Position numbers and translations under genes: made by a program. From Marsupella aquatica (taxonomy: Eukaryota > Plantae > Marchantiophyta), in NCBI GenBank assembly GCA_973895155.1, contig OZ316891.1, positions 2,223,324 through 2,287,323 of the forward strand: DNA of 64,000 nt, written 5' to 3'. A model generated the notes under the pieces. The model worked only from the letters and a program-made list of their open reading frames with translations, was not told the origin of the DNA and did no database searches. Shown here piece after piece: positions 39,201-49,172 of this stretch (its first letter is position 1; each line of letters starts with the position of its first letter).

Positions 39201-40910
39201 TCATGGCAAAGTGCAAACATATCAGATAACAAGGCATTGCTTGCCTTGTGTTTGGCCTGTAGGTTCATCAACCCCAAGATGGCTGAAAGACGACTCAAAT
39301 GAGCACCCTCATAGATAGGTGTTCGGGCATGTTCCTCTGCTTCTTCCCATTGGCGTTGTCCCTCAGGGGTATGTCTTGGGCGTGGATCCCCGCGTGGATT
39401 TAAAAACCTCGAGGTACCTCTTCATTTGGATCCACGAGGTACCTCTTCATCAGGGTTACTGCTTCCACTAGCACTTGATGAGGAGTGTGACTCTGATCCA
39501 TGTCCTTCTTCTGGCATACCCATTTCTCGATATGTTGCTCTCAATCTCCGTGGTAACATATTTGGAGAGGGTCGCACATTCTAAAAACAAAGCAAACAAT
39601 TGAAAGTTATATTGCAAAGAGAACACACACAAAAATGGGCTAGGGGTGTGCAAAAATGAAATAATATTGGTTGTGGTGCAAATACAAAATGTGGCCAAAG
39701 GCCATATGTAGTGTCCTTTGATATGCAACATACCACCTATGACCCTTAACTTAACCCTAATCCCACTCATAGTAAGTAAATAACTCATCCCCTGAGTTAA
39801 TGGTCCTCGTCGCTACAACTAGGCAATGGTCATGATGATATGTTTGGCCATAAGGTGCTGGCGGAGGACCCTCAATGAAAACCCACTCACAATTTTGCCT
39901 ATGCTTAGGGCGAGTCCCCACGGTACTGTTTATGAAACCAGCAATATTCCCAGTCCGTATGGGGTCCCCATCTATGACACGCTGCTCACTATACCTTCTA
40001 GTGTTTCCATCAAAAGTATCCATGTCCAATGCATAAGTCTTCCACTCAGGGTTGTTGTGCAAGGATCATGTTCCAATGTCTTCTCTTGTAGATGGGTCCA
40101 CCATAAGGAAACAAAGTAGGCCCCTCTCGGCCGCGTCCACCTCTACCACTCTCGGCGTCCACAATGATGTCCTCACAGGCAAAAACTCCATAGCCATGTC
40201 TATCCCCAAGTGTGGAAGGTTTGATAACCCAACGTCTACCCCAAACCTCTACCTCCGCACCGTAGGAAAGCTGTTGTGGCAAACCAAGAGTCTCAGGATC
40301 CCAGTCCTTGATGATAGGGACACATCTGCCAGTGAACTCACAATCACCCCACCTACCCATAACCACTGCCTTGTACAAATCAGTATCCCCTCGGGCCCGC
40401 CTCTTGGAACGCTTTCTCCCTCTTGGGACAATAGCCTCAACCCCAACTTCCCTAGGACTGGTGGGCCTTGCCGCTAGACCCAAGGCTTTTGAGAATGCAT
40501 TGCCTATAGCATCTAGAACACCTTGTGATGGGACATAGGGTGCTTGTGCCGCAGGTCTAGGCCTATTGGATACATATTCCACCAAAACCAAAACAAACAA
40601 AAGTAGGTGTGAAATTAAAAACCTTCAACCATTGAGTAATGGGAATAGGGTAGGAAAACTAAGGCATAACACTTACCATATGAGATGAAGAAGCCCCTGC
40701 CGTATGACGTCCACAACGCCCATATCTCTCAATATGTTGGGCACATATGTAAGATTTTTGGGAAACCTGACCCACACATCCGGAACATTCACAAAGTTGA
40801 CGGGGTGGACCGCGAGGAGGAGGTGCGGTCGTGTGATGTTGAGGTGGAGGTGGTGTATCTTCATCAGAGGAGGACGAGTCTGTGGTGGAGATTTCAGAAG
40901 ATGAAGACAT
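36241..40910 (-). pseudogene. Tnp2/TnpD-family transposase of the outer CACTA (exons about 40910-40677, 39580-38479, 38361-36939, 36694-36241, plus 21195-21160)
   Basis: LCECSGC...CAQHIERYG; DPRHVRLGLASDGVSP; WTMHDYPG; YLKTHDYH; PPSFFDCQVH; RWMYWLERY; FKCKWF. Frameshifts at about 39400-39430; a deletion with frameshift at about 37990 removes the MHxxxN motif after LLDP; the 3' end is cut by the inner CACTA. Confidence 0.92.
39757..40600 (-). pseudogene. SET-domain (lysine methyltransferase-like) coding segment with one frameshift, inside intron 1 of the outer transposase
   Basis: IKPSTLGDRHGYGVFACEDI...LFPYGG (ORF 40046-40600) followed after a 1-nt frameshift near 40055 by IDGDP..GNIAGFINS...NC...LVVATRTINSGDELFTYY* (ORF 39757-40062): the SET motifs GxGxFA..DI, YxG, (R)FINHSC-PN-like and A-R-I--GEEL---Y, in the correct order. 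Confidence 0.85.
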
Positions 40911-43900
40911 ATCCCCTGTAACAAGATATAATTAAAATGGGCATGTTATGACCAAAACATACCACAAAATGATATAAATCAAAGTTCCCAAATAATGATA
41001 ACAAGAAACCCAAACCAAAATGACCATAGCAATAAAAAAGGTACCTTTATGAGACCCGGGCTCAGCAGTGCCAAACGGTCTTGTGGTTCTAAGATAATTA
41101 ATGAACCCAATCTGAAAGTATGAGGGAAAAGCTGCAACCATTCCATGTATATGTAAGCACAATAATCTGGACCAGACAAGAACAAAAAACCCTATATACA
41201 TGTCCCCTTTATACATAGTGGCAACCAAAAGTGTTAAGTACATGAAAGGAACACTTGAGCCGATCATGCAATGTTTACCTTTCAGATGCCCGAGCTCTCA
41301 CAATGCATATGCATTAGTATCAAATCATCAAAAAGTGCCGCACCCTGCAAGCTATCATATATTCCCCTCCTTTGTTAGCAAAACCCATGCCAATCCCTTT
41401 TTGATTCATAAACCCAATGAACCTCTCTTAAACCCAAAAGGCTGCAATATAAATCTCATGAAACCTTGCTTTGTCTTATCCAAACCTTCAACCCCAAACC
41501 GCATCCTACCTATTAAACCTAAATCTGACTTACGCACAAACCCAAACCTTTCTTCAACCCTAGAGACCTTTCTATTTAAAAACCCCAAACCCTAAAACCC
41601 TAAACCCAAACCTTACTTATTTCTTGTAAACCAAATCCCACACCTTTATTATTTCTTCTAAACTAATGTAAACCCAAACCTTAGCCTAAACCAACACCAT
41701 ACATAACCCATTAACCTGAAATTTGCCTAACCCTTCAAACCCGCCTTCAACTATTATCTAACACCCAAAACATGGCCAAAAATCATTCCAAATATGAGTA
41801 TAGAGGGGTCCACTTCACCTTTAAAAAAAACCCTTTCAAATGAAACCAACATTCCCCCCAGGACGAGTTGCCAATGTCTTGCGAAGCCGCTTCCTTCGCA
41901 AATACCGTCACAAATTAGAATTGAGTTTTGCGAAGCTGATGCTTTCGCACGACCTTCAGAAAAACAGAGCCCGAGAGCATTTCTGCGAGAGAGCGAAGGT
42001 GTTGCAAAGCCTTTCACGTCGCAATGGTTTTGCAAAATTGAGAAACTACATGCGAAACTAGAAGGATCGCAACTTGCAAAACGGGTTGCTTCGCAAGTCT
42101 TTCCCGCTTGTACTTTTGCACTCGGCCGCGGCGTACTCAGCGGCATTTGACAAATTTCAAGCGTAGGGAGGGAGAAGGGAGCTCGCACGCGCTCGGGGGT
42201 GGCTTAGCTATGGATTCCAGTGGAGCAAATGGAGGTGATGGGGCAGGGGTGAGTGACAGTGGCAATGGGAATGAAGGCAATGGGGAGCAGGAGAGGAATC
42301 GATGGACCGATTTGATGGCTGAGCACCTCAATGCAGCACAGTTGAGCCACTTAGATTTGACTACACCAGCAGGGATTGCTTCTTTGAGTGCAATCCTAGG
42401 GCAAGCCTTGCAAACGGGAGTAGATGCAGGGAACATTGCAAGGGAGGAGGAGCAAAGGAGTGTAGCTCAGCAGAAGGCAAGAGAGAAGAAGCGTAAGAAG
42501 GAGGAGAGGGCCAAGGCAGGAGTAGTCTCACCTGCTGCCCTAGAAAAGAAGAGGAGGAGAGAGGAACGAGATGAGATAAGAGCACAGCGGGAGGAGCAGC
42601 GAAAGAAGGAGGAAGAGAGGAAGAAGCTGCCTATGATTGCCTTGATCGAAGGCATTCCTACTGAACTGGCCTACACCGGGGCAAAGAGCACTATCAGGTT
42701 TATGGTGCGCTCCAATTTTGCACGAGGAGTTGAGTGGGGGAAACTCAGCAAGGCAGACCAGAAGAAAGTAATGAGTCAAATGAAAGATTCATTTCGAAAT
42801 GGAGCAGAGATTGATGAACAGTGGCTTGCAGATAGAATTTCCAATTCAATGTCTCAAGCACGGTACCATGATAGGAAGAAGGTAAGGGCCTACCTGGCAA
42901 ACTTGGAGGAGTACAGAAACGTGAGGAGGCCACTGCAATTCACTGAGGATGTGTGGAATGCCTTTTACAAAGTGGAGGTGCAGATGAGAGCTGCCAGGAA
43001 CCTTCTCTTCTGGAATTAAGGAGATGGAAGCCAAGGCACAGAAGGCCGGGAAGTCCGACTGAGACCTCAAGGCAATGGCTGAGAAGGTGTCTCACATGCA
43101 GCACATTGTGGATGAAGTGGGGGCACCACCCCAAAAATTCATCCTTGCAGCTGAGCGAGTCAGCAAACGGCCCAAGACCACGCACAAGATGGGCCAAGGT
43201 GGACTTCCCGGCCTCAAAGCACACTTTGTGAGTGGGCCCTCTCCTCCCCTGCTTCTGTTTCCTTGCTTTCAATTGCTATCCAAACCTGCAATGCCCCCCG
43301 TGCATACCTCTTGTTTCTTTCTTACGGCCTGCCTTGTACTTTAGGTCACCCTGACACATTGCGTGCCTTAGAGATTTCTCGGAATTTTTTAAAAACAGAG
43401 TTTGCGAAGCTTTTGCGATGCGGGTTGCTTCGCAAATGTTTCGCAAAGTCTATCATGGCATTTTTTAAAGTTGTAGATGCGAAGCTATTGCGAACTAACC
43501 CGCTTCGCAAACTACTTCGCAATCTGCCAATTTATTTGAATTTGCGAAGTGGGGCTTTTCGCAAGTGTGTATTATGTTTAAAAAACACTGTGACGCTGCC
43601 GGTACGGCGGTTAATGAGTGATTCAGTCTAACTGCGCTCGGCACGCGCGTTAGGTGGGTCTTAGGCCGCTATTATTAGCATAACGATAGTATTTAGGTAA
43701 TCATTAGGGGTAGGACATCATTAGGCAATAAGGGGGACTTCAGGTTCGGGCTGGCGGCGGGTCGCTATTCGCACACCCGGGTTACGAGCATGGAGGGGCC
43801 CCTCCCTCGGGTCCGTATAACGAACTTAAGGAAGCGGCCACTGACGCACGCTGACTCAGACCGGCGGAGTGGCCGGTACACCACAAGCGTGAGCGGTTCA

Positions 43901-43946
43901 ACCTATGGGCGTCGAGGAGACGTCGGGGATCGACAAGCCCTCAAAG

Positions 43947-43953
43947 TATAAAA
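43947..43953 (+). promoter_or_regulatory. TATA box of the LTR-like insertion
   Basis: TATAAAA(GGGG) about 360 bp inside the element and about 100 bp before the ATG at 44055, followed by a CT-rich leader. Confidence 0.6.
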
Positions 43954-44054
43954 GGGGAGCCAACCCTTTGTAGTGCACTAGTCCATCAGTCCGCGCGCCA
44001 GCTTCGACCCCAGCTCTCTCGTTCTCTCTAGGTCGCCACTACTATCTCCTCTGA

Positions 44055-46668
44055 ATGTCGCACACGATCCTCTCGGCCATTCGATTCTGGACGCAGTTCC
44101 TATCTACCGGAAGGCACTTGGCCGATTCATTGAAACACGCCAACCCGCGCCGATACGAGATCGAACGCGAATACGAGAGAGCCATCCGCCTAGCAGGACG
44201 ACACCACTACGTCCTTAACTTTGACTACCCGTCTCAGAGCGAGCTTTACCGACCAGCTGAGGTATCTGGGTACTTCTTCAACGGAGACAAATATATCGGG
44301 TTCTGGGAAGCATTGCTTCGGCTTCCGGACGAGGTCTTCAATATCCCGGGTACAATCGACCTGCAGCGACATCACTTCGACCACATCCCTGCCCAGGTTC
44401 GGGCTGTCATTAACGGCGAGTCCAGTACCAACCGTTCGACAAGGGCGTCCGCACTCGCTTCAGAGAACTTCTACCAGCACCTACAGAGCTTCATGGGAAC
44501 TCGGCCATCAACCAACATGACCAACTCAGCCGGACCCGTACCCGTACCCGTACCCGTGCCCATGCAACCTCAGCTTCAGCTTCAGCCTCAGCCGCAGCCT
44601 AGCCAAACCCCACCACCTATCACCCAGCCAGCACAGGTACGCTCCGTCATCAACGCTGTGGATCTTAGCGATGACGACGAGGCTACCCCACCCTTGACCA
44701 GGCGGCCTAGAGGAACAAGCGCTCGGGGGGCCGACACTATATCGTCCCCACCCCCTGCTCTGACCCCAGGAGCGGCCCCAGCAGACAACATGGTGACCGT
44801 GGCCGCCCCGGGCCCGTTACCGACCGCAGTGGCACTCCCCAGGCCCGATCGGGAGGATGGGGAAGTATCACCTTCCCCGAGTTAGTCACGGGGAAAGAAG
44901 AGGAAGGAATCCGCCAGTGCATCCGGGTTACCGTTGGCCACGGTAGCCGTAGCCAAGGTAACGATGCATCGCATGGGGGAAAACATTCACAGCAACATCC
45001 TCCATCCCAAGCATGCGGTGTACCTGAAGACTCAGGGATTTGAGCACCTCGCCTCTCTCCCCTGGAACACTTGCAGGTACTACGGGGAGGACATGACAGA
45101 ATTCGTCAAGAATTATGACGACGTACGTCAACAGACTCGGCTGCGGGGAAGGAATATGTCCCTCACAGAAGAACGGCTCAAGATGATCTTCGGGTTACCC
45201 GAAGGTGACCATCGAGTCGAATCACGGGCTCCCGGGGGCAAGGGGGCCAAGTACCAATCTTCAAGTTTTCCCTCAGAGGGATCAGTAGACAACGGGTTCG
45301 TGATGAGGACCTGCCTCATGCCCGAGATAGCTGAGCGGCTGGAGTTCCAGAGGTACGCTCTCCACATGATGGAACCCCGGGGGGAGATCTCCGCCACCCA
45401 GGTCATCCAGGTCGAGAACTATCGACCTAGGAAATGGGCATCGTACTTCGCTAAGAAATTCCATGAAGAGATGGAGCGGCGAAGGAAGACGCTGTACATT
45501 GGCGGGAAGGCGTATTTCGCTAGCCACATCGAAATCATTCTTGAGTGGTACGCCCGGTTTTGATCGACGAACCCTTCCCCGCATCAACGTTACAAAGCTG
45601 GTCCCAGCTAGGTGGGTTTTTCCGGCATTGGAGAGACGGCCCCAACCCGAGGCCCGAAGTCCAGTGGACACGCCAGCTTCACCCACCCCACCTCCACAAA
45701 TAGCTGTAATCGTAACCGAGGAGGCGCCGGAGGGGTCGGTCGTCGCAACCGTTGATGCGACCCAACTAGCCGGGCTAAGTACAGAAGTTGGTACGGCAGA
45801 GGTCTTACCCGAACCCGGGTCTCCCAAGGACCCGCCGGTGGCAATTCCGGAGAACCGGACATCGCTGCAGGAGGATACTCCGGCCCCTTCCAACGTTATG
45901 TCCCCAGGGCTGGACGTCACTGCCCCGGCCCCTGCGCGTGTTGATGTCTGCCCGTGCCCAAATCCGGACAGGCACAACTTGGACCACCCGGAACTCTTCG
46001 TACAGGGTACGTTTCTGAACGGGCTTCTGGGAGATTTCTCTCATCAAATTGCCCGGGATACCGGGGAGTTCATGGCCCGGAAGGTAGCCTGTTTCTTCAA
46101 TCAGGAGTTGGTTGCCGCCGTAAAGGCAGGGTGGGCCCAGTCGGAGGCCCTTCAGAGGATAGAGCGGTACCGGGTGGAGTCCGTGTACCTAAAGAACGAA
46201 GTGGCGGCTCAAGAGGCTGAGCTTCTGCAACTACGACCCAAGGTTGCAGCCGCCGATGAGTTGTTAGCAAAGGCGTACGCTCTTACCGCCCTAGCCGAAC
46301 AGGCCAAAGCTGGGAACGAGGCCGAGATTACACGACTCCGGAACCAGATTGACAGTTTGAAGAAACAAGCTGTCACCTGGCAGAAAGACCTGGAGGAGGC
46401 CGAGGAGCGAGCCCAGCTGCAGGCCGAGATGGCGCGGCTCCAAACCGAGGCCGAGAAGCAGGACCAGCTCGCGAGTAAACTGGCGAGCGACGCCCAGCAG
46501 CTGGAGGAGGCATGTCAGGAGGCAGCAGAGGAGACGGACGCGGCGAGGCGAGAGAACGAATCTCTGTTGGACCAGGTCCAGCTCCTCAAAGCGGACAATG
46601 ACAGGCTTCGAAGGCAGCGGGATGGCCGTTCCCATTCGGGCGGCTCTGGCAAGCGTGCCAGGCATTAG
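44055..46668 (+). pseudogene. About 870-codon accessory ORF (retrotransposon extra-ORF/'putative plant transposon protein'-like domain plus C-terminal coiled coil), broken by one TAG and one frameshift
   Basis: ORFs 44055-44885 and 44934-45563 are in the same frame, separated only by TAG at 44883-44885 (then SRGKKRK); 45463-46668 overlaps in the +1 frame. Motif LPW...MTEFVKNYD...RLRGRNMSLTEERLKMIFGLP; heptad-rich C-terminus. Confidence 0.7.
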
Positions 46669-48916
46669 CGGCGGAGTAGGAATAGATTAGGATTAGGATT
46701 GGCTTAGTCAGGCTCTTGGGACAGGCACCTGCCTTAGGTACGGCAGCGCTGCCCTGCTGTCCAGCCTGCGTAGATTAGGATCTTCTAATAAGACACAGCC
46801 GTTTTCCGGCCTGACTGTCAGCTTAGTTAGGACCTTGGTCAGCGAATCTTCGGCGGGAGGACACCCCGTTCCTCGGCTCTTAGTATTTAGTGCACCCCTC
46901 GGTTGAGGCAGGGGGGGGGTTTTTAGTTTCAGAGTCGGACATCCGCGGGACATGCGGGGAGTCCCGACCTCTGGGAATGACAGAGTACCAAGGGGAGGGG
47001 GTAGGACTAAGCTCGCCGGGCGAGTGCGGAGCCGGGCTCCGTTGTAGTGTGCACCCTTGGCCTTGAACCTGTGCATTCCAGGGCTGTCGTGTCAACTAAG
47101 TGTACGCATATGTTCCCTTTGTAGTAAAATCCTTTCCCATCATTTTTCCTTCGTGTAAATCGAGATTGTATGCATGTGTGCGCATATGTGTGTGGGTTTC
47201 TCGTATATGGGTGGCAGCGCCGGGCTGAACGCACTACCCGAGACGTGCACAGGGTGCAGCCTGCGGGTAAGTGGTTGCGAGCACGGGTTGAGGACCTGTA
47301 TTATCAAATCCGGATCGAAGGCGGACAGCACGAAGGCTTAGAAGCCCTTAAGCCGGGGTCGATCCTGCTATCGACTAAGGTACGTTCCGGCGACGGAACA
47401 CAAACCATACCTAGGAGGTGTCCGTATTTAGCAGTATGCGCACTTAGCGCTAGTTTACGAGAATAAGGTGCATTACGTGCTTCCCTTCCTGCCCGAACCC
47501 TCAGATTTACGAGGGATGTGCCCGTCTAAGCTGAAGTCTGAGTTAAGGCCGAAGCCTACGACGTGACAAACACCGCTAAGGGTTATTGAGCCCAGTTTTG
47601 TGTTCTAGGGGGCACATTATTAGCACCTCCATGCATTTTTCTTGGGTTTATAGCATATTAACCTCGATCGATTTTGGTTTTGGAATGTTTGGTTGTGGTA
47701 GTATAAGAGGTACCGCAGGAAGATAACAGCAAAAGAGATGGAGATAGGAGCTACGCATGGAGCCAAACATCTCTTTGACTTGGTTGACGCAGAGTTGGCG
47801 ACTGTAAGTGCATGTATCCCCTTCAGTTTTTCCCACCCAATCCACTTATCTTTTCATTCCGTAAACCTAAACCAATTTGGCGTTGTGCTATGCAAACAGG
47901 ATGATGAGGATGCCAGTGATACCAGCAGCACCGATGAGAACAATGAGGGGACCACGACAAAGGGGCCCAAGGTAGGAGGGAGTAGTGGATCTGGACCAGT
48001 AGGAGGAGTTTCCCAGCAGGAGGGGGAGGAAGAGGATGAGGACGAGGACGAGGAGGAACCAGATGTGGAGGAGCAGCCAGCACCACCTCCTGTGCCACGT
48101 CCGGATCGTCGCAAGAGGGACAAGGGGAAGAGGCCGGCGACAAGGAGTAGGAGGACCCCATTCTAGAGCTTGGTGGTGTAGTGCCTATGGGATGCCCATT
48201 TACTTAGTGTAGTATATAGTTTTGATATCATGGGTAGTCTTATAGGGACCTAGCTTGTCATATGACACCCATCTAGGGTTTAGGGTTTAGGAAACCCTAA
48301 TTTTTGTGTACCTATCAATTTTCTATAAAGAAATTTTGATTCAGACCTCATTCTCCGTGTTGGACAACAAGACCCCAACCATAATTCAAAACTCTAAATC
48401 TAAACCCTAGCCTCAAGACATCTTGCGAAACCTATGCGAACAACCCAAATCGCATATTTACCATACTGAAGGTATCGCAAATATTATGCAAACCACATAA
48501 GTTCACAAAAATGCGAAGCGATCTTCATGCCATAACTACCATTCACTTAATATCGCAAACATACTACCAAACTCCTGGGATTGCAAATATTTAACTGCTT
48601 GATTATTATCGCAATCCTCTCGCGACGCGCATGGAGTCGCTTAAATGTGAGTCCTTTGCGATTCTATTAGTGTCGCAAGTTGCGAAGGCGTTGCGAAGGT
48701 CTTGCGAAAGACCGGATGCGAACCTTTGGGCTTCGCAGTTTGCGATTCTATTGCGATGCGCGATACTTCGCAAAGACGAGTTTTGTTTTTTGATTTCCTT
48801 TGTTGTTTGCGATGCTTTCAAGTTCGCAAAAGGTGTAGGTAGTGTTGTAGTGCAAGAACACAAATTTATCCTCAATCCTCTAACCCCTTCATCTATAAAC
48901 CCTCAACGGTCCAATG

Positions 48917-49172
48917 CTTGGGGGCCTCATTCCAAGGGAGATCCCATATCATGAGCAGAGTTTTGTGGGGATAAACACCAAGTCATAGTTCAACTTTACT
49001 TCTTTACTCCTAATTTAATGGAATATTCTTGGAATATTCTCACATTTGGTTTAAAATCCCTATGATTCCTCTAATTTCACACAAATTTAAAGGTCTCTTG
49101 CTAAACCCAATAAAAAAACCCCATACTTATTTGCACGTGATGGATGGAAGGAAAAAAGTGAGGACCCCAGAG
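48917..49172. mobile_element. Diverged member of the CTYGGGGG MITE group
   Basis: Starts cttgggggcctca and ends tgaggaccccagag; flanks gtccaatg / gtccaata; a related fragment lies at about 57540-57770. Confidence 0.55.

Larger units (their letters stand above)
43589..47568 (+). mobile_element. Solo-LTR-like insertion, 3,980 bp, 5-bp TSD AACAC
   Basis: Begins TGTGACG and ends CGTGACA (6/7 inverted match); aacac at 43584-43588 and 47569-47573; abrupt switch to GC/CpG-rich sequence; no gag-pol motifs and no terminal direct repeats seen. Confidence 0.85.
42210..48166 (+). pseudogene. TnpA/ORF2-like gene of the outer CACTA (exons about 42210-43227, 47702-47803, 47900-48166)
   Basis: MDSSGANGG... 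charged coiled region, WGKLSKADQKKV, QFTEDVWNAF, HKMGQGG (compare EHFGRGG of the inner element); phase-0 GT-AG junctions; acidic tail with basic NLS-like end; frameshift at about 43010 and TGA at about 43060. Confidence 0.7.
20202..48852. mobile_element. Outer CACTA (En/Spm) DNA transposon, about 9.6 kb after removing two nested insertions
   Basis: Left CACTACAACATATTTGACACTTTTGCGAA, right-end reverse complement CACTACAACACTACCTACACCTTTTGCGAA; 3-bp TSD CAA (20199-20201 and 48853-48855); TTGCGAA/TTCGCAA-rich subtermini; Tnp2 ORFs inside. Confidence 0.95.

Noticed and set aside
45282-47466. Antisense and overlapping ORFs in the GC-rich insertion
   Set aside because: Expected shadow ORFs of GC-rich coding sequence, with no independent motifs.
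43589-47568. Complete autonomous LTR retrotransposon or TRIM
   Set aside because: No terminal direct repeats and no gag/PR/RT/RH/IN motifs; the purine tract at about 46990 is not followed by a copy of the 5' end.
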